Source: Phycisphaeraceae bacterium (GTDB lineage Bacteria; Planctomycetota; Phycisphaerae; Phycisphaerales; UBA1924). Taken from it: a DNA stretch of 64,000 nucleotides. Location: the NCBI GenBank assembly GCA_020639235.1, contig JACKHC010000002.1, positions 116,841 through 180,840 on the forward strand. The letters are read 5' to 3'. A program made the translations under genes and the position numbers. This document shows positions 1 to 9,634 of this stretch, piece by piece. The notes beneath the pieces are model-generated. The model did no database searches. It was given only the letters and a program-made list of their open reading frames with translations, and was not told where the DNA came from. Numbering within the stretch: position 1 is the first letter of the stretch; every line of letters begins with the position of its first letter.

Positions 1-1
1 G

Positions 2-418
2 GTGACGCACCTGTACAACACGATTTTCCGGCCGGAGCGGGACGAGGCGTGGATCCGCAACCGCATGCGCGGCCGGCACAACATCCTCGTGATGGTGGCG
101 CGGATCGAGAAGGACGCGGTGGGGTTCTACGTGGGCTTCGAGTTGAAGCCGGGCACGCACTTCACCTGGCTGGTGGGTGTTGTGAGCGATCTGCGCCGGT
201 CGGGGATCGCGTCGCAGTTGATGCACGGGGCCGAGGAGTGGTGCCGCACCGAGGGGTACGGGCGCCTGCGGTTCGAGTGCGACAACCGGATCCGGCCGTT
301 CCTGATCTTCGGGATCGCCAACGCGTATGACATCGTTGGGATTCGCTGGGATCAGGACCGGATGTCGAACCTGATTATTTTCGAGAAGGGACTCGGCGGG
401 CCGGCGGACACGAGGTGA
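2..418 (+). CDS. GNAT-family N-acetyltransferase (possibly truncated at window edge)
   Basis: ORF 2..418; segment 'VGVVSDLRRSGIASQLM' resembles the acetyl-CoA binding R/Q-x-x-G-x-A motif of GNAT enzymes; stop overlaps next start (GTGA at 415-418). Confidence 0.6.
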   Translation: MTHLYNTIFRPERDEAWIRNRMRGRHNILVMVARIEKDAVGFYVGFELKPGTHFTWLVGVVSDLRRSGIASQLMHGAEEWCRTEGYGRLRFECDNRIRPFLIFGIANAYDIVGIRWDQDRMSNLIIFEKGLGGPADTR

Positions 419-1281
419 CCGGTTCGCCCGAGCGAGTCGCGCTGACGGGCCTGGCGGTGAACGCGCTGCTCTCGTTGGGCAAGGCGGTCGCGGGCGTGCT
501 GGGCAACTCGTTCGCGATGATCGCGGATGCCGCGGAGTCGATGGTGGACATCGTGGGCTCGCTGGTGATCTGGGGCGCGCTGCGGTACGGGAGCAGGCCG
601 CCGGACGAGACGCACCCCTTCGGGCACGGCAAGGCGGAGGCGCTGGGCGCGCTGGCGGTCGCGGTGATCGTGGGCGCGGTGGGTGTGTTTGTGGGGTGGC
701 ACGCGGTTGAGGGGATCCGCACGGTGCAGCCGGTGCCGGCGCCGTGGACGCTGATCGTGATCGTGGTTGTGGTGGCGGTGAAGGAGACGATGTTCCGTGT
801 GACGCGCCGGGCGGCGCGCCACGCGGGCAGCAACGCGGGCGTCGCCGACGCGTGGCACCACCGGTCGGACGCGATCACCTCGCTTGCGGCGTTCGTGGGG
901 ATTGCGATCGCGGTGATCGGCGGGGAGACGTTCGCGAGCGCTGATGATTGGGCGGCGCTGGTGGCGGCGGGTGTGATTCTGATCAACGCGGTGCTGATCG
1001 GGCGGGAGCCGTTCCACGAGCTGCTGGACAAGTCGCTGGATGATGTGGCGGCTCGGTGCACGGAGATCGCGCTGAGCGTCGAAGGGATTCGGGGTGTGGA
1101 GCGGTGCGATGCGCGGCAGAGCGGGCGGGCGTACCGCGTGACGATGCACGCGGAGGTCGATCCGGCGATGAGTGTGGCGGATGCGCACGCGCTGACGGGG
1201 AAGGTGAAGGCGGCGGTGCGGGAGGCGATGCCGCGTGTGGAGTCGTTACTGATTCACGTGGAGCCGTGGGAGGGGGATTAG
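415..1281 (+). CDS. cation diffusion facilitator (CDF) family metal efflux transporter
   Basis: Hydrophobic N-terminal TM region with 'DAAESMVD' and 'HPFGHGKAEAL' motifs, plus a cytoplasmic C-terminal domain, typical of the CzcD/FieF family. Confidence 0.85.
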   Translation: MTGSPERVALTGLAVNALLSLGKAVAGVLGNSFAMIADAAESMVDIVGSLVIWGALRYGSRPPDETHPFGHGKAEALGALAVAVIVGAVGVFVGWHAVEGIRTVQPVPAPWTLIVIVVVVAVKETMFRVTRRAARHAGSNAGVADAWHHRSDAITSLAAFVGIAIAVIGGETFASADDWAALVAAGVILINAVLIGREPFHELLDKSLDDVAARCTEIALSVEGIRGVERCDARQSGRAYRVTMHAEVDPAMSVADAHALTGKVKAAVREAMPRVESLLIHVEPWEGD

Positions 1282-2202
1282 TTACACCCGCACCATTTCC
1301 TGGAAGTCGGTGTAGCGCTTGGCGACTTCGTCTTTGGTCAGGCGGGCGAGGCGGTCGAGCGAGAAGGACTCGATGGTGAATGATGCGATGACGGTGCCGT
1401 GGGCGAGGGCCTGCTGGATGCTGGCCATCGAAATGTTGACATCCTTGGAGTGTGCGGCGGCGAGGTGGCCCATCATGCCGCCGGCGAAGGAGTCGCCTGC
1501 GCCGGTGGGGTCGATGACGGACTCGACGGGGTAGGCGGGGAGCATGGCGACGCCCTCGTCGTGGACGAGGATGCACCCGTGCTCGCCCTTCTTGATGACG
1601 ACGAACATGGGGCCCATCTCGGCGATGATCTTTTTGCCGGCGGTGATGGGGTTGCGGATGTCGGTGAGCATGCGGGCTTCTTCATCATTGATGATGAGGC
1701 CGTCGATCTCGCGCATGACGGCGCGCAATTCTTCGCGTGCGGTGTCGATCCAGAGGTTCATGGTGTCGAGGACGGAGACGACGCGCTTCGGGAAGGCGCG
1801 GAGGAGTTCGAGTTGGACGGTGGGGTGGGAGTTGGCGAGGAAGATGTACTTGGAGTCCTGGTAGGCGGCGGGGATTTTCGGGGGGTGCTCGGCGAGGACA
1901 CCCAGTTCGGTGAAGAGGGTCTCGCGCTGGTTCCAGTTGTCGAAGTACTTGCCGCCCCACGCGAAGGTCTTGGAGGCGGGGCGGATCTCGAGCCCCTCGA
2001 CGCAGACATTGGGGAACTTGGCGAAGACGGCGCGGTAGTCGTCGTGGAAATCTCCCCCCGCGGCGGCGACGAGTCGGACCTGCGTGAAAAAGGAGGCGGC
2101 GGCGGCGAAGTAGGTGCACGAGCCGCCGAGGACTTTTTCTGCGACGGCGTCGGGCGTGTAGATGGTGTCGATGCCGATGGTGCCGGTGACGATGAGGGGC
2201 AT
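1282..2202 (-). CDS. PfkB/ribokinase-family carbohydrate kinase
   Basis: 306 aa; C-terminal PfkB signature 'DPTGAGDSFAGGMMGHL'. Confidence 0.8.
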   Translation of the reverse strand: MPLIVTGTIGIDTIYTPDAVAEKVLGGSCTYFAAAASFFTQVRLVAAAGGDFHDDYRAVFAKFPNVCVEGLEIRPASKTFAWGGKYFDNWNQRETLFTELGVLAEHPPKIPAAYQDSKYIFLANSHPTVQLELLRAFPKRVVSVLDTMNLWIDTAREELRAVMREIDGLIINDEEARMLTDIRNPITAGKKIIAEMGPMFVVIKKGEHGCILVHDEGVAMLPAYPVESVIDPTGAGDSFAGGMMGHLAAAHSKDVNISMASIQQALAHGTVIASFTIESFSLDRLARLTKDEVAKRYTDFQEMVRV

Positions 2203-2245
2203 GGATTGCTCCGAGAGTGGTTGGTTTGAAGGGGGTCCTAGGTTA

Positions 2246-2692
2246 TCAGCTGGCGCCGGTGTCGGATTGTTCGTGCATCTGGTCTTCGACGACGGCTTTC
2301 ATGGGCCAGAGGATGATGATGGTGAGGACGGTGATGAGCGCGGCGAGCGCGTAGGCGCCGACCGCGACGGAGGAGCCGATGGCCGCGGCGACCCAGACGG
2401 TGGCGGCGGTGGTGACGCCGTGGACTTTGGCGCCGCTCTGGATGATGACACCGGCGCCGATGAAACCGACGCCGGTGGCGATGCCCTGGAGGATTCGGGA
2501 GATGTCGAGGTTGTCGACATGGGCCATGGTGTGGATGCCCATGAGGACGAAGGCGGCGGCACCCATGGAGACGAGGGTCATGGTGCGGAGGCCCGCGGGG
2601 CGGTTCTTGCGTTCGCGATCGAGTCCGATGGCGGCGCCGAGCGCTCCGGCGATGAGGAGTCTGAGGAGTTCTTCCCACCAGAGCAGGTCCAT
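2246..2692 (-). CDS. MgtC/SapB family membrane protein
   Basis: 148 aa; 'GLDRERKNRPAGLRT' motif followed by several TM segments. Confidence 0.8.
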   Translation of the reverse strand: MDLLWWEELLRLLIAGALGAAIGLDRERKNRPAGLRTMTLVSMGAAAFVLMGIHTMAHVDNLDISRILQGIATGVGFIGAGVIIQSGAKVHGVTTAATVWVAAAIGSSVAVGAYALAALITVLTIIILWPMKAVVEDQMHEQSDTGAS

Positions 2693-2747
2693 CGGTTCAC
2701 TCTAACACGGCGGGACAAGGCGATGCGGGTGGTGGTACCTTCATCGT

Positions 2748-4427
2748 ATGACCAAGCATGTTGACGTTGTGACGCGATTCGCGCCGTCGCCGACGGGGAA
2801 TCTGCACATCGGGGGGGCGCGGACGGCGCTGTTCTGCTGGGCGTTTGCGCGGCGGATGGGCGGGCATTTCCTGCTGCGGCTGGAGGACACGGATCGAGCG
2901 CGGTCGTCTGAGGCGTCGGCGGAGGCGATTCTGCGCGACCTGGCGTGGATGGGAATCGACTGGGACGAGGGGCCGACGCTTGCGTATGAGGGGCGGACGA
3001 TCGGCGGCGATCCGCGTGGCGTGGCGCCGTTCGAGCAGAGCGCGCGGCTGGATCTCTACAACGCGGAGATCGAGCGGTTGCTGGAGGCGGGGAAGGCGTA
3101 CTACGACTTCACGAGCAGCGAACAACTTGATGTGATGCGGAAAGAGGCGCAGGCGAAGAAGGAGAACTTCCGTTTTCATCCGGCGGACGGCGAGATCCCG
3201 TCTCTCGGCGCACAGCGCCAGCGTGCAGCGCGGGAGCCGGGCGTGGTGCGGCTGCGTGCGCCGGAGGAGAGCGTGACGGTTGTGGACGAGGTGTTGGGCG
3301 AGGTGTCATTCGGCGCGGGGGAGGTGGATGACCTTGTCATTCGCAAGGCGGACGGGTACCCGACGTATCACTTCGCGGTGGTGGTGGATGATGAGCGGAT
3401 GGGTGTGACGCATGTGCTGCGGGGGCAGGAGCACCTGATGAACACGCCCAAGCATGTGATGATCCAGCGGGTGCTCGGGTATCGCACGCCCGCGTACGCG
3501 CATATGCCGCTGATCTTCAATGACAAGGGCGGGAAGATGAGTAAGCGTGAGCGGGATCAGACGGCGCGGCTCGCGGTGAAGGAGGCGGGGATGAGCGGGT
3601 CGCCGATTCCCGGCGTGATTCCGGACGATGTGTTTGCGGGGTGGCTGGGCGATAAGGCGCGGCAGTTGGAGCACTCGCAGCTGGAGGCGCTGGCGGCGCA
3701 CATGAGGTTGTCGCTTCCCGAGGTGAGCGTGGATGACTTCCGGCGGGCAGGGTACCTGCCGGGCGTGGTGGCGAACTTCATTGCGCTGCTGGGGTGGACG
3801 CCGAGCAAGAATGCGGATGGGAGCGACCGCGAGAAGTTCGACATGGACTTCCTGGCGAAGGACTTTGACATTGCGCGGATCGGCAAGAGCAACGCGCGGT
3901 TCGATCGGGCGAAGCTGGCGAGTTTCAACAGCGATGCGCTGGGCGCGATGAGCGATGAGGCGTTTGCGGCGGCGTGGCGGGCGTGGTGCGAGGATTATGA
4001 GCCGGAGACGGCGGCGCGGCTGAGCGCCGGGGACATGGCGATGCTGGCTGGGGCCGTGAAGCCGCGGGTCAAGACCTTTGCCGAGGCGCGGGGCGTGATC
4101 GGTTTCGTGTTCCTCGATGACGAGGCGATCGAGTTCGACGAGAAGGCGGTGGAGAAGGTGCTGCGGAAGGGTGAGCCGAGCGGGTTGGAGTTGCTCGGGG
4201 ATTTCCGCGCGACGCTGGAGGGGTTGGAGCGGTTCGAGCCGGAGGCGATCGAGGGGGCCGTGAAGGGGTATTGCGAGGCGAAGGGGATCGGGATGGGCAA
4301 GATCGCGCAGCCGATCCGCGTGGCGATCACGGGCACGACGGTGAGCCCGCCGCTGGGCGTGACGCTGGCGGCGGTGGGCAAGCGGGGAACGCTCGCGCGG
4401 ATCAAGAGGTGCGTGGAGTCGGTGTAG
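2748..4427 (+). CDS. gltX: glutamate--tRNA ligase
   Basis: Class I aaRS motifs 'PSPTGNLHIGGART' (HIGH) and 'KMSKR' (KMSKS); 'RLEDTD'. Confidence 0.9.
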   Translation: MTKHVDVVTRFAPSPTGNLHIGGARTALFCWAFARRMGGHFLLRLEDTDRARSSEASAEAILRDLAWMGIDWDEGPTLAYEGRTIGGDPRGVAPFEQSARLDLYNAEIERLLEAGKAYYDFTSSEQLDVMRKEAQAKKENFRFHPADGEIPSLGAQRQRAAREPGVVRLRAPEESVTVVDEVLGEVSFGAGEVDDLVIRKADGYPTYHFAVVVDDERMGVTHVLRGQEHLMNTPKHVMIQRVLGYRTPAYAHMPLIFNDKGGKMSKRERDQTARLAVKEAGMSGSPIPGVIPDDVFAGWLGDKARQLEHSQLEALAAHMRLSLPEVSVDDFRRAGYLPGVVANFIALLGWTPSKNADGSDREKFDMDFLAKDFDIARIGKSNARFDRAKLASFNSDALGAMSDEAFAAAWRAWCEDYEPETAARLSAGDMAMLAGAVKPRVKTFAEARGVIGFVFLDDEAIEFDEKAVEKVLRKGEPSGLELLGDFRATLEGLERFEPEAIEGAVKGYCEAKGIGMGKIAQPIRVAITGTTVSPPLGVTLAAVGKRGTLARIKRCVESV

Positions 4428-4471
4428 GATTGGCGCGGTGATCCGGTCGAACGAACGAATGAGAGCGTGAG

Positions 4472-6223
4472 ATGAGCGAAGTCGAGTCGGTAGTTCCCCG
4501 TCCGCGGCACTTTCTGGATGAGATTGTCGAGCGCGACAACGAGAGCGGTCGTTGGGGCGGCCGCGTGCACACGCGGTTCCCGCCGGAGCCCAACGGGTAT
4601 CTGCACGTGGGGCACGCCAAGTCGATCAACCTCAACTGGTCTCTGGCGAAGAAGTACGGCGGGACCTTCAACCTGCGGTTCGACGACACCAATCCGGCGA
4701 AAGAAGAGATGGAGTTTGTCGAGTCGATCAAGCGGGATGTGAAGTGGCTCGGCGCGGACTTTGACTGCCCACCCACCGGCGGCGGCGTGTTCTGGGCATC
4801 GGACTACTTTGGCACGATGTACGAGTACGCGGTGGAGCTGGTGAAGAAGGGCAAGGCGTATGTGTGCGAGCTCTCGGGCGAAGAGGTGAGCAAGCGTCGG
4901 GGGACGCCCAAGGTGCCGGCGACCTCGCCGTTCCGGGATCGCCCGGTCGAGGAGTCGTTGCGGCTGCTCGAGGAGATGAAGGACGGGAAGCACGCGGACG
5001 GATCGATGACGCTTCGCGCGAAGATCGATCTGGCGTCGCCCAACTTCAATCTGCGTGACCCGGTGATGTACCGGATCATGCGGGTGGCGCACCACAACAC
5101 GGGGACCGAGTGGTGCATCTACCCGATGTACGACTGGGCGCACGGGATCGAGGACTCAATCGAGGGGATCACGCATTCGATCTGCACGCTCGAGTTCGAG
5201 AATCATCGGCCGCTGTACGACTGGTTCATCGACTCGATCAACGAGGGCCGGAGCGCGGGCGAACGGATTCATCACCCGCAGCAGATCGAGTTTGCGCGGG
5301 GGAACCTGAACTACACGGTGATGAGCAAGCGGAAGTTCATTGAACTCGTCAAGGGAGGGCATGTGCGGGGGTGGGACGACCCGCGGATGCCGACGGTGGC
5401 GGGGCTGAGAAGGCGCGGGTTTACGGCGTCGAGCATCCGGGCGTTCTGGGAGGACGCGGGTGTGACGCGGACGGACTCGGTGATCGACATGGGTCGATTG
5501 GAGAACGCGATTCGGGATGAGTTGAATAAGAGTGCGCCGCGAAGGATGGCGGTGCTGCGACCGCTCAAGGTGGTGATCGAGAACTACGCGGAGGGTCAGA
5601 CTGAGCACCTGGACGCGGTGAACAACCCGGAGGATGCGAGCGCGGGAACGAGGAAGGTTGCGTTCTCGCGGGAGTTGTTCATCGAGCGCGATGACTTCAT
5701 GGAGGATCCGCCCAAGAAGTTCTTCCGGCTGGCGCCGGGGGTCGAGGTGCGGCTTCGGTACGCGTATTTCGTGACGTGCACGGATGTGGTGAAGGATGCG
5801 GGCGGCGAGATCGTGGAGCTTCGGTGCACTTATGACCCGGCGACGCGCGGCGGCGATGCTCCTGATGGGCGGAAGGTGAAGGGGACGCTGCACTGGGTGA
5901 GCGCGAGCGAGTGCGTGAGCGCGGAGGTGCGGCTGTACGACCGGTTGTATTCGGTGGAGGACCCGAACCGTGCTCCCCCCCCCCGCAAGGATGCGCCGGA
6001 GGGGTGGACGCACCTGGATGCGCTGAATCCGGGGTCGCTCGAGGTGATCGCCGGCGCGAAGCTGGAGAAAGCGCTCGGGGAGGCGCGCATCGGGGAACGG
6101 TACCAGTTCGAGCGGCTGGGGTATTTCTGCGTGGATGAGGACAGCGCGCCCGGGAAGCCGGTTTTCAATAGGACGGTGTCGCTCAAGGACTCGTGGGCGA
6201 AGGTCGGGGGGGCGGGGAAGTAG
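4472..6223 (+). CDS. glnS: glutamine--tRNA ligase
   Basis: '[17 protein letters not shown]' (HIGH), 'RFDDTNP', 'VMSKRK' (KMSKS); C-terminal anticodon-binding beta-barrel region. Confidence 0.92.
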   Translation: MSEVESVVPRPRHFLDEIVERDNESGRWGGRVHTRFPPEPNGYLHVGHAKSINLNWSLAKKYGGTFNLRFDDTNPAKEEMEFVESIKRDVKWLGADFDCPPTGGGVFWASDYFGTMYEYAVELVKKGKAYVCELSGEEVSKRRGTPKVPATSPFRDRPVEESLRLLEEMKDGKHADGSMTLRAKIDLASPNFNLRDPVMYRIMRVAHHNTGTEWCIYPMYDWAHGIEDSIEGITHSICTLEFENHRPLYDWFIDSINEGRSAGERIHHPQQIEFARGNLNYTVMSKRKFIELVKGGHVRGWDDPRMPTVAGLRRRGFTASSIRAFWEDAGVTRTDSVIDMGRLENAIRDELNKSAPRRMAVLRPLKVVIENYAEGQTEHLDAVNNPEDASAGTRKVAFSRELFIERDDFMEDPPKKFFRLAPGVEVRLRYAYFVTCTDVVKDAGGEIVELRCTYDPATRGGDAPDGRKVKGTLHWVSASECVSAEVRLYDRLYSVEDPNRAPPPRKDAPEGWTHLDALNPGSLEVIAGAKLEKALGEARIGERYQFERLGYFCVDEDSAPGKPVFNRTVSLKDSWAKVGGAGK

Positions 6224-6586
6224 CTACGGCTTCCATGTCGCGGTGCAGCCCGGCGCTTCGGTGACGCGCGCCCAGAGGAGTTGCACATCGCCAGCAAGGA
6301 TGGGCTGGATCGTCTTGCCGATGTGCTGGGCGACGCGCTCGGCGGTGGGGTTGGCTTTGTCGAAGGGGGGGACTTCGTTGAGGTTCCGGTTGTGGAAGCG
6401 CGCGACGCAATCCTTGAGGGCATCCTCGATGGTGTGGAAGTCCATGAGGAGGTCGTTCTCGTCGAGGGTGCGGCCGGCGATGCAGACGGTTGCGAGCCAG
6501 TCGTGGCCGTGGGTGGGCTCGGGGGCGCCGTTGATGCGGATGGCGTGTGCGGCGGAGAAGCGGGCGTCGATGGTGAGTTCGTACAT
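6224..6586 (-). CDS. queD: 6-carboxy-5,6,7,8-tetrahydropterin synthase (PTPS/QueD family)
   Basis: 120 aa; 'FSAAHAI' and 'THGHDW' His motifs typical of QueD/PTPS. Confidence 0.85.
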   Translation of the reverse strand: MYELTIDARFSAAHAIRINGAPEPTHGHDWLATVCIAGRTLDENDLLMDFHTIEDALKDCVARFHNRNLNEVPPFDKANPTAERVAQHIGKTIQPILAGDVQLLWARVTEAPGCTATWKP

Positions 6587-6610
6587 GGGGTGAGGTTAGC
6601 GGCTCAAAAG

Positions 6611-6631
6611 CACAGAGCACAAAGCACAGAT
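6611..6631. repeat. three tandem 7-nt units (AGCACAG AGCACAA AGCACAG)
   Basis: Read directly from sequence, in the divergent queD / HD-GYP intergenic region. Confidence 0.8.
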
Positions 6632-6640
6632 GCGGGACAC

Positions 6641-6703
6641 CCTCCCCCGCCACCGTCATGCTTCGCGTGACACTTCCCCCGCTGGCAGCGGGGGAGGGAG
6701 CCG
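6641..6703. repeat. GC-rich palindromic intergenic element (REP-like), copy A
   Basis: CCCTCCCCCGC (6642-6652) is the reverse complement of GCGGGGGAGGG (6690-6700). It contains a nested near-palindrome GTCATGC..GCGTGAC and an inner hairpin TCCCCCGC/GCGGGGGA. It aligns with the copy at 43743-43797. Confidence 0.75.
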
Positions 6704-6720
6704 GTCGTTGCGTTCGATGG

Positions 6721-6757
6721 GGGCGATCCCCTGCCGCTGGTGGGGGAGGGGACAAAG
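6721..6757. repeat. GC-rich element, second unit (ATCCCCTGCCGCTGGTGGGGGAGGGGA)
   Basis: Shares the ATCCC..CCTGCCGCTG segment with the element at 37676-37723. Confidence 0.55.
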
Positions 6758-6826
6758 TCTGGAAAACCTGATTATGGGGTGAAGTCGGTTCTGGGTCGGC
6801 CCGATAGGCGATTCGGAGAACCGCCT

Positions 6827-8155
6827 ATGCGACCCATTGATCCGAAGACGCTTCAAGCCGGACAGGTATTCCCGCTGCCGTTGTATTCGAAGCGCGGGAC
6901 GAAGCTGCTGGGAGCGGGGATTGAGTTGACCAGGGACGGCGCGCGTCGGCTGCGGCGCCTGGCGGCCGGATCGATTTACATGGCGCGGACGGTCGGGGAG
7001 TTGTCGGCGGCGGGTGTGCTTGAGAAGCGGACGAAGGGGCTGGTTGAGCCGAAACAGGCGGGGGGCGTTGTGTACGAGGATGCGCGCGGGCTGACGGGAC
7101 ACTCGGGCTACGAGATGCCTTTGCAGTTTGAGCATGCGCGTCGTCGCGCGGCGATTCTGAAAGTGGCGGAGGATGTTGTCTGGAGGCGCGAGCGGCTCTG
7201 GTCGCTCATTCCGGGTCGCGTGACGCGGCAGACAGGCGGGCACGGGATCGAGTCTTCGGACGGGCGGGGTTGGCCGGCGGCGAGTGAGTTGATGCGCCTC
7301 CGGGGCGAGCGAATCGAGAAGATCGCGGTGCTGCTGGACCGGATCGTCGCGATGGAGCCGGTGGGGGTGGGTTCGTGCGAGTCGATCGTCGGGGGACTGA
7401 TCGACTTGTTTGACCGGTATCCGGAACGGTTTGCGCAGTTGGCGCTGCACGGTCGTCCGATGGATGACTACCTGCCGGAGCACGCGTTTACGGCGGCGGC
7501 GTTGAATGTGGCGATCGCGTCGCATCTTGAATGGCCGCAGCGCGCGGTGATGAACGCGGGGCTTGCGGGGTTGCTCTCGGATGTGGGGATGATGCTGGTG
7601 CCGGACCGGATTCGCAAGACATCGCGGGCGCTAGACGACGCGGAGTTGCACGCGGCGCGCCGGCATGTGTGGACGGGCACGGCGCTGCTCACACGGATCG
7701 AGGGGTTGCCGGAGGCGGTGATTCGTTCGGCGCATCGGCATCACGAGCGGCTTGACGGTTCGGGGTATCCGCGCGGGCTGCGCGGGGATCGGCTCGATGA
7801 TGTGTCTCGTGTGGTGGCGGTGGCTGACGCCTATGCTGCGGCGACGCACCCGCGGGTGCACAAGCCCGCGAAGCGGCCGTACGACGCCATGGCCGAGATC
7901 ATCGCGTTGGGCTCGGTGGGGACGCTGGACCGGCGCGCGGTTCATGCGTTGGTGTGCGCGGCGGGGCTGTTCCCGGTGGGGACGGGCGTCGTGCTCTCGA
8001 CGGGCGAGACGGGCGTTGTGGTGTGCGTGAATCGATCGAGCGTGGACCGGCCGATGGTGCGCGTTCGGGGCGGGACGGGGGAGCGTCTGATCGACCTTCG
8101 CGAGGACGGCCGGGTGCGTGTCGTGCGCGCGTCTGACTACGCGATGGCCGCGTGA
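6827..8155 (+). CDS. HD-GYP domain protein (probable cyclic-di-GMP phosphodiesterase)
   Basis: 'HHERLDGSGYPRGL' HD-GYP signature; ATG 6827 preceded by GGAGAA; the upstream part of ORF 6740.. runs through repeat elements. Confidence 0.8.
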   Translation: MRPIDPKTLQAGQVFPLPLYSKRGTKLLGAGIELTRDGARRLRRLAAGSIYMARTVGELSAAGVLEKRTKGLVEPKQAGGVVYEDARGLTGHSGYEMPLQFEHARRRAAILKVAEDVVWRRERLWSLIPGRVTRQTGGHGIESSDGRGWPAASELMRLRGERIEKIAVLLDRIVAMEPVGVGSCESIVGGLIDLFDRYPERFAQLALHGRPMDDYLPEHAFTAAALNVAIASHLEWPQRAVMNAGLAGLLSDVGMMLVPDRIRKTSRALDDAELHAARRHVWTGTALLTRIEGLPEAVIRSAHRHHERLDGSGYPRGLRGDRLDDVSRVVAVADAYAAATHPRVHKPAKRPYDAMAEIIALGSVGTLDRRAVHALVCAAGLFPVGTGVVLSTGETGVVVCVNRSSVDRPMVRVRGGTGERLIDLREDGRVRVVRASDYAMAA

Positions 8156-8183
8156 GCGTGCGGGGCGGGTATCATCGGGGGCG

Positions 8184-9608
8184 ATGGGAACGAGTGAACA
8201 ACAGAAGCCGGCGCTGATGGCGTCGGTGAGCGGGTTGCGCGGGACGGTGGGCGGTTCGCTCACACCGGACGTGGTTGTGCGCTATGTCGGTGCGTTCGCG
8301 GGATGGGTGAGCGAGACGACGGGTGCTGCTCGGCCGACGATTGTGCTGGGGCGTGACGGGCGCGCCGGGGGCCAGTTGATTCGGGACCTGGTTGTCTCGT
8401 CGCTTCGGGCGGGCGGGTGCGATGTGATGGACCTGGGTGTGGTGACGACTCCGACCGTGGGGTTGATGGTCGGGGAGTTGCAGGCGGACGGCGGATTGGT
8501 GGTGACGGCGAGTCATAACCCGGCGGAGTGGAACGGGCTCAAGCCGATCACGGCGGAGGGGCGTGCGCCGAGCCCTGAGGATGCGGGGGTGCTGCTCGAG
8601 CGGTTTCGGAACGGCCTTGCGCGGGTGGTGGGGCACGATCGGTACGGGGATGAGCGGCGGGACGGGACGGCGGTGGATCGGCATGTGGACCGCGTTCTGA
8701 CTGCGCTTGAGACGATTGGTGTTGCCGAGAAGGCGCGGGGCGCTCGGTTCAAAGTGGTGGTGGACTCGGTGAACTGCTCTGGGGCGCGGGTGATGGCGCG
8801 GCTTCTCGAAGCGCTGAACTGCAAGGTGACGCACCTGAACAAGAGCGGGGATGGTGTGTTCCCGCACATGCCCGAGCCGACGGCGGAGCACCTGACGGAT
8901 TTGAGCGAGAAGGTGGGCGCGGCGAAGGCGGACATCGGCCTGGCGCAGGATCCGGATGCGGATCGGCTGGCGATCGTTGACGGGAGCGGGCGGTATATCG
9001 GGGAGGAGTACACGCTCGCGCTGAGCGCGATGTCGCTGCTGGGATCGATGGGGGGCCGCGCCAAGGGGGCACGATTGGCCGCGAACTTATCGACGAGCCG
9101 GATGATTGATGATGTGGCGAGCGAGTTCGGCGCGCGGGTGGTGCGGACGGCGGTCGGCGAGGCGAATGTGGTGATGGGCATGCGGGAGCACGGGTGCGTG
9201 CTCGGCGGCGAGGGGAACGGTGGCGTGGTGTGGCCCGATGTGGTTTCGATTCGAGACAGCGTTGGGGCCGCGGGTCTTGTGCTGGGGCTCATGGCGCGGA
9301 CGGGCCGGAGCGTGCGGGAGTTGGTGGACGCGATACCGTCGTACGCGATGGTGAAGCGGAAGGTGGTGCTCAAGCCGGGGCTCGCGGAGCGCGCGATCGA
9401 GCGGGTGAACGACGCGTTCCCGGATGCGGAGCGTGACACGCAGGACGGGCTTAGGGTTGACTTTGAGTCGCCCTCGGGCGGCGGTTCGGCGTGGCTTCAT
9501 GTTCGGGCGAGCAACACGGAGCCGATTCTGCGGCTGATCGTGGAGGCGCCGACGCGCGCGGACGCGGATGCGATCATCGAGGATGCGCAGCACTCGATCG
9601 GCGGGTGA
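8184..9608 (+). CDS. alpha-D-phosphohexomutase (GlmM/ManB-type phosphoglucosamine/phosphomannomutase)
   Basis: Phosphoserine loop 'TASHNPAEWNGLK', metal loop 'AQDPDADRL', sugar loop 'GGEGNGG'; start ATG 8184 (MGTSEQQ). Confidence 0.8.
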   Translation: MGTSEQQKPALMASVSGLRGTVGGSLTPDVVVRYVGAFAGWVSETTGAARPTIVLGRDGRAGGQLIRDLVVSSLRAGGCDVMDLGVVTTPTVGLMVGELQADGGLVVTASHNPAEWNGLKPITAEGRAPSPEDAGVLLERFRNGLARVVGHDRYGDERRDGTAVDRHVDRVLTALETIGVAEKARGARFKVVVDSVNCSGARVMARLLEALNCKVTHLNKSGDGVFPHMPEPTAEHLTDLSEKVGAAKADIGLAQDPDADRLAIVDGSGRYIGEEYTLALSAMSLLGSMGGRAKGARLAANLSTSRMIDDVASEFGARVVRTAVGEANVVMGMREHGCVLGGEGNGGVVWPDVVSIRDSVGAAGLVLGLMARTGRSVRELVDAIPSYAMVKRKVVLKPGLAERAIERVNDAFPDAERDTQDGLRVDFESPSGGGSAWLHVRASNTEPILRLIVEAPTRADADAIIEDAQHSIGG

Positions 9609-9634
9609 GCGAGCGAGAGCGTCGGGCCCTCATC

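Noticed and set aside
5975-5984. C10 homopolymer inside glnS (and other C7-C9 runs, e.g. 19121-19129, 36558-36565, 40806-40813) as possible phase-variation tracts
   Set aside because: They encode in-frame Pro (or Gly on the other strand) runs within intact, mostly essential genes. Such runs are expected in GC-rich DNA. They are only worth a sequencing-quality check.
6587-6700. preQ1-type riboswitch upstream of queD
   Set aside because: I could not see a recognisable preQ1 aptamer core on the minus strand. The region is occupied by the repeat elements.
6611-6757. CRISPR array
   Set aside because: The repeats are 7-nt tandem units and palindromic elements, without regular repeat-spacer periodicity. 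No cas genes are in the window.
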